A DNA stretch of 64,000 bases from a candidate division FCPU426 bacterium (GCA_963847625.1 CAWKAR010000028.1:108834-172833), one strand, 5' to 3'; shown: positions 1-10,144, numbered from the stretch's first letter. Translations and numbers: made by a program. The notes: generated by a model not told the origin, from the letters alone.

Positions 1-3000
1 GCAGGGCCTCGCGGCAGGTGCCGCAGGAAACCACGATCGCGTTGAAAGAAAGGTGCCTCAGCATCTCGCGGATCTGGCTGAAGATGATGGTGTCCCCCAG
101 GACCCTCCGGTTGTTGTCCGCCACCTGGGCGTTCACGTTGATGGGAAACCCGCAGCACAGGAAGGGCGGCGGCAGGACGACCCTGACCCCCGCCTTGAGC
201 ATCAGGAAAAGCGAGGCCTTGCCCACGTCCGAGAAAAGCCTTTCGGACCCGCACCCGGGGAAATAAAAAACCGTCTTGGCCGCTTCCACGGCGGGGGAAA
301 GGATCAGGGCCTGGTGGAGTTCCAGTTTGGGAAGAATCCGGTGCAGGGTGCCCCGCCCCGAGGGAGGCATGGGCGTCCGGAGCATATTGAAGGGCCATAT
401 TGCCTTCCAGTCGCTGAAATTGGGCACATAGGCCAGGACCCTGGCTCCCAGGCGCTGGAAAAAGAGGCCCCACACCAGCACCGCCTGCCGGAACAGGGCG
501 TTATAGGCCCTCGACCGGCTCTTCAGGTACCCCAGGGACATGCGGGTGGCGATGGCCGTGTGCTTGTACTTTCGGGCCGCCAGGATGCGCCTCTCCAGGA
601 TGGAGATTTCTCCCGTGTCGATATCCACCGGGCAGGGTTTCAGGCACTTATGGCAGATGGTGCAGTGGTCGGCGATCTCTTCCAATTCCTTCAGGAACTC
701 GAACCGGGTCGAGCGGGCCCGCTGGGCGTCGTAAAGCAGGGCCTCGATGACCGCCGCGATGGCCAGGTTCTTGTTGCGGGGGTGGTAGAACATGTTCTTT
801 CCCGGGTGGAACACACAGCAGTCGGGCTTGCACCGGCCGCAGCGGATGCACTTGGAAATCTTGTCGGCCAGCTCGAAAAGCGAGTCGTTCTGCAGGATAC
901 GGGCTTCCAACTCCAGTAAATTGAAGGAGGGCGTGAAGACCTTGTCGGGCACGGTCATGTCGGAGAGCTTGCCGGGATTCATCAACCCGCCCGGGTCCAC
1001 CTGGTGGCGGTATTGCGCCAGGGCCTCGAGGCGGCCGTTCTCCAGGTGTTTGAGCTTGGTGACGCCGATGCCGTGCTCGCCCGACACAACGCCGCCCAGG
1101 GTCACCACGTGGCGCATGACGGTGTCCGCGGTCGTGAAGGCCCGCCTCAGCATTTCCTGGTCGTTGGAGAAGGTGGGGATGTTCACGTGCACGTTGCCGT
1201 CGCCCGCGTGCATGTGGGTGGCGATGACGATCAGGCGCGAACGGGTTTCCTTGAAGATGCGCTCCACCTCCCGGCAGGCGGCCGCGTAACCGCGGAAAAG
1301 TTCCAGCAGGCCCTTGAGCAGGTCTTGGGCGGGTTTCCCCTCCCTCAAGGGTTTCTTGGCCTCGGTTTTGATTTCTTCCAGGGCCTTCCGGCAAAGTTTC
1401 TCGGCGGCGGGACGCTTGGCGGCCAGCCATTCGGTATCCTCGGCTTCCTGCGCCCTCTCGAGGAATTTGAGCGCCTCCTCCACGAAACGGGACTGGTTGT
1501 GTCGTTCTTCCTTGATGTTGTATTCGCCGATATAGGTGGCGAAGCCCGCCAGGGATTCCAGGGGCAGGACGATATCCTCGTTGAGCTTGAAGGCGTTGGT
1601 GTGCTTGGCGATGGCGCCGAGCCGCTTGCGGTCGGCCCAGAATTTAACCCCCTCCTGGGCATCCCTGGCCAGGAAAAGATCGGTGTTGGGGTAACGGTCC
1701 ACCAGGGCCTTGAGCCGCTTTTCCCCTTGGGCCAGGTCCTCGGGGGTGTGGGCCACAATGTCGATTAAAAGCACCGCCTTGGGGCGGTCGCCGCGGGCGG
1801 CCTTGGTCTTGTAGCCGATGGCCCTCACGTATTCCTCGTCGAAATGCTCCAGGGCCATGAGGGTTTCCCGACCCTTGTTTACGAACTCTTTGGAAAGGTC
1901 CAGGATGACCTTGCCCGCCTCGTCCATGCTCTCCCCGAAAAACTCCAGGCAGGCGGTGCGCAGGTGCTCGTAGGCCGGGTACAGCACGAACCGGGCCGAG
2001 GTGATGACCCCGTCGGTTCCCTCTTTCTGGAGGCCGGGCAGGCCGCCCAGGGCCTTGTTGGTGATGTCCTTCCAGACGTTCTTCTTGCGGATATCCAAAC
2101 CGCCCAGTTCCACCGTCCTCAGGATGGCGTTGGTTTCCCCGTCCCGGACCAGGAAGGCCACCTTGTCCGAATGGAGGATCTTCCTTAATGGATGCCCCTT
2201 TCGCTTGACCACCACCGTTTTCCCGCCTGGAAGCGCCATTCGGAAGGAAAGCACGTTGTCGATGGCCGTGCCCCATAGAACGGCGGTCTTGCCCCCGGCG
2301 TTTTCGGAAAGGTTGCCGCCAATGGTGGAGGCCCAAGAGCTGGTGGGGTCGGTGGCGAAGACCCACCCTGCTTTGGCGGCGTAGTTAATGGCGTCCTCCG
2401 TCACGACGCCCGCTTCCACCTCCAGGACCTTGGTCTTGCGGCTGGTGCCGTCATCCAGCGTGAATCTCTTCTCGGAGAAGCCGCGGATTCGGTCCAGCTT
2501 TTCCAGGTTCACCATGACGCAGTCGCCCGTCACCGGAATGGCCCCCCCGGTGAGGCCCGTGCCGGCGCCCCGGGGGATGGCCTTGAGGCCCAGGTTCTCA
2601 ATGGCTACTAGGAGGGGGGCTACCTGCGCTTCCTCGGAGGGAAAAACCACCGCCACCGGCATGAAGAGGCGCCAGTCGGTTCCGTCCGTGACGTGGCTGA
2701 TGAGCGCGAAGGGATCGAAAAGAACGTTGGCCTCGCCCACCACCGCGCCCAGTTCCCGCCGGATGCGTGCCCTTTGGCCCAGGGCCGAGACCAGCTCGGA
2801 TTGCAGGCGGTCCAGGTAGTCCTGGCATTGGCCCAGGACCCAAAGCACGTCGGGGTCGCTCCCGGAATTCTTGTTCAGGATATCCAGGTCTTCCTGGTAG
2901 GCGGCCAGGAACTGCCGCCGGGAAGAGGGGGAGTCGACCATCTCTTGGTAGAGAAAGGGATTGCGGCGCAGGATGAAGATGTCGCCGATGAACCGCATGA

Positions 3001-3148
3001 GAAGGCGGGCCGAGCGCCCGGTTTTTCTGCGGGCGCGGAGTTTTTCGAGGGTTTCCCAGACCTGGGCCCCGAATAGGATGCGGACGACTTGCTCGTCATC
3101 CGCCGATGTGTAGTTGTAGGGAATTTCTCTTCTTGTTTGGGTTTCCAT
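1..3148 (-). CDS. DUF3683-type FAD-linked oxidase / Fe-S oxidoreductase (3' end runs off the window)
   Basis: Absent from the ORF track because there is no stop in the window. Manual translation from ATG 3148 gives METQTRREIPYNYTSADD (DUF3683-type N-terminus), FAD-binding motifs PRGAGTGLTGG and DPTSSWASTIGGNLSENAGG, HMHAGDGNVHVNIP, SGEHGIG, 4Fe-4S motifs CIRCGRCKPDC and CTICHKCLKPC, and VSCGTC at the window edge. Confidence 0.9.
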   Translation of the reverse strand, partial: METQTRREIPYNYTSADDEQVVRILFGAQVWETLEKLRARRKTGRSARLLMRFIGDIFILRRNPFLYQEMVDSPSSRRQFLAAYQEDLDILNKNSGSDPDVLWVLGQCQDYLDRLQSELVSALGQRARIRRELGAVVGEANVLFDPFALISHVTDGTDWRLFMPVAVVFPSEEAQVAPLLVAIENLGLKAIPRGAGTGLTGGAIPVTGDCVMVNLEKLDRIRGFSEKRFTLDDGTSRKTKVLEVEAGVVTEDAINYAAKAGWVFATDPTSSWASTIGGNLSENAGGKTAVLWGTAIDNVLSFRMALPGGKTVVVKRKGHPLRKILHSDKVAFLVRDGETNAILRTVELGGLDIRKKNVWKDITNKALGGLPGLQKEGTDGVITSARFVLYPAYEHLRTACLEFFGESMDEAGKVILDLSKEFVNKGRETLMALEHFDEEYVRAIGYKTKAARGDRPKAVLLIDIVAHTPEDLAQGEKRLKALVDRYPNTDLFLARDAQEGVKFWADRKRLGAIAKHTNAFKLNEDIVLPLESLAGFATYIGEYNIKEERHNQSRFVEEALKFLERAQEAEDTEWLAAKRPAAEKLCRKALEEIKTEAKKPLREGKPAQDLLKGLLELFRGYAAACREVERIFKETRSRLIVIATHMHAGDGNVHVNIPTFSNDQEMLRRAFTTADTVMRHVVTLGGVVSGEHGIGVTKLKHLENGRLEALAQYRHQVDPGGLMNPGKLSDMTVPDKVFTPSFNLLELEARILQNDSLFELADKISKCIRCGRCKPDCCVFHPGKNMFYHPRNKNLAIAAVIEALLYDAQRARSTRFEFLKELEEIADHCTICHKCLKPCPVDIDTGEISILERRILAARKYKHTAIATRMSLGYLKSRSRAYNALFRQAVLVWGLFFQRLGARVLAYVPNFSDWKAIWPFNMLRTPMPPSGRGTLHRILPKLELHQALILSPAVEAAKTVFYFPGCGSERLFSDVGKASLFLMLKAGVRVVLPPPFLCCGFPINVNAQVADNNRRVLGDTIIFSQIREMLRHLSFNAIVVSCGTCREAL

Positions 3149-3301
3149 GGGCCTCACCCCGGTCCAGTGTTGGCGTATGATGGGTTAAAAATAGTGAATT
3201 TTGTATGACTGCTGTCATGTAATAACGTTTATCAGCCGTCAGTTGTCGGTTGTTTGTTGATTGCGACGGAGAGGAAAAACGATGGGAAAATATTTTTCAT
3301 C

Positions 3302-3994
3302 TTATTTATTCACTGGTGGCGCTTTTATAAAAGAAACAAATCTAGAACCATGAGTAGTAGTTTTCTTTGAAAGTGTGTCAGCACCCATTACATGGAGACT
3401 TTCCTGACCAACTAATCCCTTTGCGTACAAATCTTTCCAAATTATTCTATAAAAGTCTTCCCGATTCTGAAGTTCCGGAAAAGCTTTTTCAATCATATCG
3501 GCAAGTCCACCAATCTGATAATTACGATCCCCCGGCTGACGCCCAAACCATCCCTGGGGGTCATCGGCCAAGTCTAATATTTTTAAATGCCAAACACTAA
3601 AAGTATCCACATAACTTAAAAATATTTGTTGTAGTGACCTATCAAGGTTATGAGAGATTCCCGAATTTATTATTGCGTTTTTAAGAGCGTCAATTTTTTC
3701 ATGTTGGTTATTCGATACCGCAATTCGAGATGCCTGAATCACTGAATCAATGAACGCCTCATTGCTTTGCAATTCTTCTAACCGGCCAACATGTGCTTTT
3801 AATACCTGAAACGCTTGAGCTAATTGTTCCATCCATTCAGCGCGTCTTCTTTCCAGGGGTGGGGCAATAATAGCGTTGAATATTTCTAAAGCGGGGCCAC
3901 CTATTCCAGGTATTGCGCTCACTACCGCTCACGCAATTAGATGCACTGTGTCCCCCGGAGTACCGCTAGGCGCTTTAAGATTTGATTCTGTCAA
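3302..3994 (-). pseudogene. Hypothetical protein with an in-frame TGA at 3929-3931 (the 206-aa ORF 3302..3922 is the intact remainder)
   Basis: TTG at 3994, just after the upstream stop and preceded by AAGAAGG, reads MTESNLKAPSGTPGDTVHLIA*AVVSAIPGIGG in the same frame as the 3922 ORF. AT-rich. Confidence 0.55.
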
Positions 3995-3995
3995 A

Positions 3996-5081
3996 TTAGC
4001 CTTCTTTACTTTTATTTGTTTTCAAATCCTTTTCCTTTATCTTTTTTATCATTTCCACTATATCTGCCGGAACATCGATTTTACGGCCAAAAGCATCCCG
4101 GGATATAAATGAACCATCTTCAAATCCGACAGTTGTTTGGCCTCCGTAGTTCCAAATTTCATTTTCAGGCGGAATCAAAACCTTGGCTATCTCTTTCCAA
4201 GTAAAAATCTCCGGATTAAGCCAATCTTTATCTGCCGCCGCTAAAAATTTTGAAGCTTGGGTTTTGAAAAAATAATTAATTGCCATTACTTGCTCTGTTT
4301 TTAATTTACGGACTTGGATTGTATTGTTTGTCATAAATATCGTTTCGCCGGAAAATCTTGCATTCGTTCTGGGGATTAAGGGATCAACCCCAGTTGGATC
4401 CTTTCCATATTCCAGGTTAGTCAGAATTAAACATTTATTCATATCCAAAGGAAATACCGTTTGGGAGCCCTTAAAAGCTATTGATGGTTCATCTGGATTC
4501 GTGTTGAAAGGATGATTTGGTGGGCAAGCAATATTAAAAATAGTTACCGGATGATCCGAAAGGATAAATTTGACTGATGAATTTTCAGCGGATACGACTT
4601 CCCTAATTGCCTCAGACCACATTACACAATGGCTGTTTCTAAGGGAAAGCATTTCAGACATTAACTTGTTTTGGTTCAAATTCGGGAAATGGTTCTTAAT
4701 CCATTGAAGGCCTTTTGGTGTACGAAGTTTTTGGGCATCTAAATATTCAAAAAGTTGCTTGAAGTGGTGGTGAAGGGTTGGATAATCATTTTGGGCCATT
4801 GCCCTAACAGCCAATGCACCCCTGTTGTCAATTTCCCCGAAAAGAAATTTTTCTATACTATCGTCGAGCTGAGAAAAAATATGTGTCGTGTACAAATCCC
4901 TTTTCTTAAAGCACTGTGTTGGGACACTAGTTGTGTATTCGCCGATTTTAATTTTTTCATGACTTGGCAATTCTTTTATAAGAGGGTCCAGATTGCGGCA
5001 ATGATACGACTGTTCTCCAGGGAGGATAAAACCCTTTTGGTGCCATTTTGGAACGTAATGGTTTTCGTGGCTTTGTTGCAT
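3996..5081 (-). CDS. DUF4238-like protein
   Basis: 361-aa ORF with N-terminal NHYVPKWHQKGF and later FILSDHPV and FPLD motifs typical of DUF4238. AT-rich. Confidence 0.7.
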   Translation of the reverse strand: MQQSHENHYVPKWHQKGFILPGEQSYHCRNLDPLIKELPSHEKIKIGEYTTSVPTQCFKKRDLYTTHIFSQLDDSIEKFLFGEIDNRGALAVRAMAQNDYPTLHHHFKQLFEYLDAQKLRTPKGLQWIKNHFPNLNQNKLMSEMLSLRNSHCVMWSEAIREVVSAENSSVKFILSDHPVTIFNIACPPNHPFNTNPDEPSIAFKGSQTVFPLDMNKCLILTNLEYGKDPTGVDPLIPRTNARFSGETIFMTNNTIQVRKLKTEQVMAINYFFKTQASKFLAAADKDWLNPEIFTWKEIAKVLIPPENEIWNYGGQTTVGFEDGSFISRDAFGRKIDVPADIVEMIKKIKEKDLKTNKSKEG

Positions 5082-5340
5082 TAGTTGTCTCGAATAAATT
5101 CGTTAAAACATTATTTTTCAAAAACATATATGCGTGTTCGGAATTAGGTCTGAAAAAAGAAAAATCATCATCAGACCAAAACCAAATCATATTATGCCAC
5201 CATTCATACCAGTTAGGACTGAGGTACCCGAAGTAAGAAACTAAAACTTGAGATTATGGATAAACCGATTCCGATTTTGTGCTATTTTTGGCGTATAAAA
5301 AATTGGATATTATCTTTATAGATAGGTAAACAAATGAAAT

Positions 5341-6392
5341 GCTGAATTCAACCAGTAAGTGCAACACCTTGACTAAAGACCTGCTCCGGCGTTTTGAAAC
5401 GAAGGCACTTGCGAGGACGATGGTTTAGGATCCGTTCCACGCGTCGTACATTCGCTGGGGTTATAGTAGCAAAATCCGTTTTCTTGGGATAGAAGCGACG
5501 AACAAGACCTGCAGTATTTTCAACACAACCTTTCTCCCAACTGTGGAAGGGCAAACAAAAGAATGAACGAGTGCCTGAAACACGATTCACCTGGAGATGT
5601 TCGACGTTTTCGGAGCCATTGTCGTATGTGATGGTACGGCGGAGGCCTTTTGAAATCCGAACCAACCGACGGTTGATTGCGGCTCTAGTGTGGAAAGCTG
5701 ATTTTTGAGGTAGCCAAGCCAGTTTCACCAGACGACTTTTGCGCTCGACCATAACCAGAAGTGAGGGTTTGCTTTTCCGGGAGATGATGGTGTCGGCCTC
5801 CCAGTGCCCGAATTGCTGTCTTGTTTCAACGATAGCTGGTCGTTGGGTAATGGGAGTACGTTGAGGAATATGGCTTTTGCGATGTTTTTGAGTGTGCCAA
5901 CGTCGCAAACGTTTTCGATGGGCCCGGGCTAGATGAGGAATGAGGTTTCGAGCTTCGCAGTAGATGAATTGATAGATGGCTTCATGGGAAACGGAAAGTT
6001 TTGGTTTCTCCCGGCGAAGAAAACCGGCAATTTGCTCGGGCGAGAGTCCACGAGGTATTTCTCGCAGTACTAAACGGCGAATCTCAGGATTTTTAAGCCT
6101 TAAATGAGTACGTGAAAGACGGTTTCGGTGTTCTGCACGCATGTGAGCTCTGGCGGGCAGGTAGCGGCAAGATCGTATAGGAGGGGCGTTGCGCTTCAGT
6201 TCTCGGGAAATGCTGGATACATCACGGCCCAGACGGCGTGCGATTTCCCGAAGGGAGAGGCCTTCAGCATTCCAAACTGAAATTTCTTCACGTTCGGCTA
6301 ACGACAGATGCTTGTAGGATGATTTCATAGCACTTAGGATAACCCCCGGGTTCTGCCGGGTCTAAGTGTTGCACTTCGTTATTGAACTGGGG
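5341..6392 (-). mobile_element. IS30-family insertion sequence (copy A)
   Basis: Imperfect 26-bp terminal IRs gctgaattcaaccagtaagtgcaaca (5341-5366) and tgttgcacttcgttattgaactgggg (6367-6392). 3-bp direct repeat AAT on both sides (5338-5340, 6393-6395). Confidence 0.9.
5348..6328 (-). CDS. IS30-family transposase
   Basis: N-terminal HTH (LSLREIARRLGRDVSSISRELKRN), SPEQI, GHWEADT, TYDNGSE, SWEKGCVEN and RPRKCL motifs of IS30 DDE transposases. Confidence 0.95.
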   Translation of the reverse strand: MKSSYKHLSLAEREEISVWNAEGLSLREIARRLGRDVSSISRELKRNAPPIRSCRYLPARAHMRAEHRNRLSRTHLRLKNPEIRRLVLREIPRGLSPEQIAGFLRREKPKLSVSHEAIYQFIYCEARNLIPHLARAHRKRLRRWHTQKHRKSHIPQRTPITQRPAIVETRQQFGHWEADTIISRKSKPSLLVMVERKSRLVKLAWLPQKSAFHTRAAINRRLVRISKGLRRTITYDNGSENVEHLQVNRVSGTRSFFCLPFHSWEKGCVENTAGLVRRFYPKKTDFATITPANVRRVERILNHRPRKCLRFKTPEQVFSQGVALTG

Positions 6393-6394
6393 AA

Positions 6395-7216
6395 TTGATA
6401 TTAACTTTACTGTTCTTTTTATTGACTCTTATGAGACCCAACTGGATCAAGGCGGACAGCTTTGATTCGGAAAACTATTGGAATTTTAATGGTGCATTAG
6501 GAGACCATCAAGATATTGGTCTATCTTTATATCTTTTTAAAGATGGAACTTTAAAGGGGGACTATTTTTTTGATGAAAATGAAAAACCTATCAAATTAGA
6601 GGGAAAATGGAGTCCCATAATTAAATCGAATAAGGATTCGAGTTATCATTCATCTGATTTTAATTTTGTATCTCAGGAATTATCTGATACAGGCAAAGCA
6701 CAGGCCACTTTTGAAGGCCAATTTAATTCGAACGATGATCGTGATGGGCTTAAAGGGGTTCGAATTGATCTAAAAAGCGGTCAGAAAATATCTTTTAAAT
6801 TAGAACTTGAATCAATCACTCCTCAAGATTTCGGCAAACGATATGAAGCGGCAGACTCCAAAAACGATTCAGAATTCGATAATTTCGCGAAAGAATTAAA
6901 GGGTGAAATACTTACCGGTAAAAAAGAAGAAGTGGCACAAAAAATTGTTTATCCGTTAACCGTTTGTATAAGAGATAAGGAAATCGAAATAAAAAACAAA
7001 AAAATATTTGTCAGAAAATATGATCAAATCATTACACCGGATTTTATTAAACTTATTAATAAAGCACATCCTTATCACATGTTTTGCAGGAATGAGGAGG
7101 TCATGTTTGGGGAGACTGGTGCCATCTGGCTTGCTTATAACAGCGGATTGAAAGTTGTAGCAATCAATAACTGTTATCCTGATGCTCAATTAAAAATATT
7201 GGACCATGGAAAATAA
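6395..7216 (+). CDS. Exported hypothetical protein whose original start (ATG 5334) is cut off by IS30 copy A
   Basis: 273-aa AT-rich ORF with a hydrophobic signal-like N-terminus. Removing the IS plus one AAT joins ATG AAA T (5334-5340) to TG ATA..., giving MKLILTLLFFLLTLM. Confidence 0.75.
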   Translation: MILTLLFFLLTLMRPNWIKADSFDSENYWNFNGALGDHQDIGLSLYLFKDGTLKGDYFFDENEKPIKLEGKWSPIIKSNKDSSYHSSDFNFVSQELSDTGKAQATFEGQFNSNDDRDGLKGVRIDLKSGQKISFKLELESITPQDFGKRYEAADSKNDSEFDNFAKELKGEILTGKKEEVAQKIVYPLTVCIRDKEIEIKNKKIFVRKYDQIITPDFIKLINKAHPYHMFCRNEEVMFGETGAIWLAYNSGLKVVAINNCYPDAQLKILDHGK

Positions 7217-7220
7217 ATTT

Positions 7221-8275
7221 CCCGAGTTCCATAAGTAAGTGCAACACTTAGTGTCTGAAGAAGGCCGCATGAATAGGATATGCGGCTATGAAAAAGAAAT
7301 ACAAGCATTTAAGCGTTGAAGAAAGAGATCATTTATCCGTCTTGAAAGGAAAGGGTCTTAGCCTTCGAGCCATTTCCCGCGCCTTGAAGAGGTCTCCTTC
7401 CACCCTCTCCAGGGAACTCAAGCGCAATGCTCCCCCTATCCGTTCTGGTTATTATCTTTCTCATCGAGCCCATCAACGGTATGTTGACCGCAACCAACAA
7501 CGAGCACGCCGTTTACGCCTGAAAACAAAACGAATTCGTGCCTACGTCCGTCGTCAATTGAAACGAGGCTGGTCACCAGAACTCATTTCAGGTCGATTAG
7601 GTCACCTACGGCCTAAGCAAACCATTGGTCCTGAAGCTATCTATCAGTGGGTTTACGCTGAAGCCACTGAGCTGATTCCTTGCCTAGTTCGACACCACCG
7701 GCGACGATTCTCATTTGGCCACAGCCGTAAGCACGCCAAAAACCATATCCCAGGCCGTGTTTCCATCGATAAGCGCTCCGAGATCGCCAATCAACGCAAG
7801 CAATTCGGCCATTGGGAAACCGACACCATGGTCTCTCGTCAGAGTAAAGTGGCTATGCGGGCTCTCGTCGAGCGTCAAAGCCGTTTTTCCAAGTTGGGAA
7901 AGCTCAAACGAAAGACCGCTCGCCAAATGAGTCATAGCCTCAACCGCGCTTTATGCCGCTTCCCTCAAGACGCCCGCTTGAGTCTGACCTATGACAACGG
8001 AACCGAAAACACCAACCACTTGGAAACCAACCACGTGCTTGGTACAAAATCCTTTTTCTGCGCCCCTTTCCACAGTTGGGAAAAAGGTACTGTGGAAAAT
8101 ACTATCGGTCTTGTCCGCCGCCATTTGCCTAAAAAGACTGATCTTGCTAAAGTGTCCTTCAAAAAATTCAGGGCCATAGAAAGATGGCTCAATAACAGAC
8201 CCAGGAAATGTTTGGGCTTTAAAACTCCGGCGGAAGTCTTCCGGCGAAGTGTTGCACTTACTCCGTGAATTCGGC
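7221..8275 (+). mobile_element. IS30-family insertion sequence (copy B)
   Basis: IRs cccgagttccataagtaagtgcaaca (7221-7246) and tgttgcacttactccgtgaattcggc (8250-8275), flanked by TTT on both sides. Confidence 0.9.
7288..8268 (+). CDS. IS30-family transposase (diverged from copy A)
   Basis: WSPELI, GHWETDT, TYDNGTE, SWEKGTVEN and NNRPRKCLGFKTP motifs. Confidence 0.95.
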   Translation: MKKKYKHLSVEERDHLSVLKGKGLSLRAISRALKRSPSTLSRELKRNAPPIRSGYYLSHRAHQRYVDRNQQRARRLRLKTKRIRAYVRRQLKRGWSPELISGRLGHLRPKQTIGPEAIYQWVYAEATELIPCLVRHHRRRFSFGHSRKHAKNHIPGRVSIDKRSEIANQRKQFGHWETDTMVSRQSKVAMRALVERQSRFSKLGKLKRKTARQMSHSLNRALCRFPQDARLSLTYDNGTENTNHLETNHVLGTKSFFCAPFHSWEKGTVENTIGLVRRHLPKKTDLAKVSFKKFRAIERWLNNRPRKCLGFKTPAEVFRRSVALTP

Positions 8276-8386
8276 TTTTAATAAATAAGGTGTCTCATTC
8301 ATCACTTTGTTAATTTTTCCGAGAACTTCTTATCGGATGCCAATCTTTTTTTCAGGGCAATTAAAAATAAGAAATCGGTCCAGAAT

Positions 8387-8636
8387 TTAATCGGCCCAAT
8401 AGGTAACAGGTTTATCCAAAAACTCCTTCAAACCAATTCCCTGCCCGCCCACGCTTAAGCAGTGTTTGGGTTTAAAGGCTTTTGAAAAGGCTTGTAACCC
8501 GGGCAAAACGGTTTCCCCCAAGAGCCGCCTTTCACCTCGATCGCGGTCAATTCCTTCCCTTTTTTCAATAAAAAATCCACCTCCTGGTTTCGCTCCCGCC
8601 AATAATAAACTTCCATAGCCGTCCCCAGGCATCCAT
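8387..8636 (-). pseudogene. Frameshifted C-terminal remnant of an AAA+/DUF4143-type ATPase (copy 1)
   Basis: EVYYWRERNQEVDFLLKKGKELTAIEVKG continues in another frame as LPGLQAFSKAFKPKHCLSVGGQGI. Near-identical to 11491-11738 apart from a 2-bp insertion near 8521. Confidence 0.75.
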
Positions 8637-9033
8637 GGGGCGGGGTCAGTCCTGAAAATAGAAAATTCGGGACCATCTCCCATGCACAAAACCAACTCAC
8701 ATTATGCACCAATAGCACAAGTCCGGGTTGTTTTAAGGAACCACCAATTCCAACTTCTTCCTTGGAGTTTGCGGTGATCCGTTCTTGTCCTACAGCGTCC
8801 TTCCCTTCACCATGTTCCAGGCCGCTAGAATGGCCGAGAGGAAAAACCCGATTTTTTAAAAAAAGGTATAATGGCCTTACTTTTTCACCCGCCCGGAGAA
8901 TTCAAAAGGGCGGCTTTAAAAAAATGATTACTATTAGGGGAGGAATATAATGCGCCGATTCTCTATTAACCAAATATCTAAAAAGGAAATCGGTGCCATA
9001 CCGATCACTTTAAAAGCTTCATGGAAGATAGGC

Positions 9034-10002
9034 ATGCGCCATTCGTTATTAACCCTGGGTTCCGGCTTCATCCTCCTGGTTTTACTGTTGGTATTCCCCC
9101 TGGCGTGCAGTAATAAATCCACTGTCGCCATCATTCGTTTCACGCCCCAAACACCAACGCCGACGGCCACCACCACCCCCACGGTCACCACCACCCCCGC
9201 GGTGACCATGCCCTCTTATGTCAACCAATGGTCCTTTGGCAGTGGATTCCCGATGGATATGGCCGTCAACGGGTCAACGCTTTATTTAGCCGCTTGTAGT
9301 TATGATTTCGAATTGTTCAACCTGGGCAACCTGTCCACGCCCGTCAACACCTGGAGCGGATACGGATCCACGGTCTTTGCTTGGGTCCAGGGGGTCGCGG
9401 TGAATCCGTTAAACGGCAATGTTTATGTTTTGGATTACGGAGCCGATACGGTTTATCAATTTACCTCCGCGGGGGCGGCGGTGAACGCCTCGACCTACCC
9501 GTTTAATAACCCCTATGATATCGCGACGGATTCCAGCGGTAATTACTATGTCCCTGATATGGCCAACGCCGCGGTATATGAATTTAACCCGAGTAACACG
9601 CTTCTCAAAACCTGGACTACCGCGGGGCCCAACGCGTTTGTATGGCCCTCGGCGGTGGCTTTTGATTCTTTGAACAACATTTACATCGCCGATGCCAGCG
9701 CCGAAAAACTTTATGAGCTGCAGGCAGGGACGAACACCTTGTTGAACACCTGGTCGTTACCTAATTACGCCTTGTTTTATCAAATGGCGATCAACGGCAG
9801 TGGCCTCGTCTATGCCCCGGATTTCAATAACCAAATTGTGGAGGAATTTATCCCGGGGACCTCGGGCCCTGTCACCACCTGGAACGGTTCGCAGGGCGGA
9901 GGCACGGCGTTCACGGGGCCTGTGGGCATTGTCATCCTCCCGAACGGAAACATCCTGGTGTCTGATTACTATTCCGACCTCCTGGAGGAATACTCCCCCT
10001 GA
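9034..10002 (+). CDS. NHL-repeat beta-propeller lipoprotein with short Pro/Thr linker
   Basis: From ATG 9034: MRHSLLTLG...VFPLAC (lipobox-like), TPTPT linker, repeats such as PYDIATDSSGNYYVPD and PSAVAFDSLNNIYIAD. The ORF track starts it at 8950. Confidence 0.8.
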   Translation: MRHSLLTLGSGFILLVLLLVFPLACSNKSTVAIIRFTPQTPTPTATTTPTVTTTPAVTMPSYVNQWSFGSGFPMDMAVNGSTLYLAACSYDFELFNLGNLSTPVNTWSGYGSTVFAWVQGVAVNPLNGNVYVLDYGADTVYQFTSAGAAVNASTYPFNNPYDIATDSSGNYYVPDMANAAVYEFNPSNTLLKTWTTAGPNAFVWPSAVAFDSLNNIYIADASAEKLYELQAGTNTLLNTWSLPNYALFYQMAINGSGLVYAPDFNNQIVEEFIPGTSGPVTTWNGSQGGGTAFTGPVGIVILPNGNILVSDYYSDLLEEYSP

Positions 10003-10144
10003 CCCAGGCCGCTTGGTTTCCCGTGGTTGAGCCCGATTCCCCAAAAAACGTTCCTCGGAGGTAAAATGTCCCCACCATGGTTTTTATGGGTTTACATCAA
10101 GGGGCTGTTTTTAAAATAAAATTTAGTCTCAGTGGTGGTTGTTC

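Noticed and set aside
18..3099. Many short ORFs in the track
   Set aside because: They are shadows of the long minus-strand oxidoreductase frame that the track missed.
3929..3931. Selenocysteine or alternative genetic code
   Set aside because: There is no redox-motif context, and TGA terminates many other genes here (for example 10002, 11452, 17508).
5341..8275. Composite transposon that delivered the 6395 gene
   Set aside because: Each IS has its own target duplication, and the gene's original start lies outside the unit.
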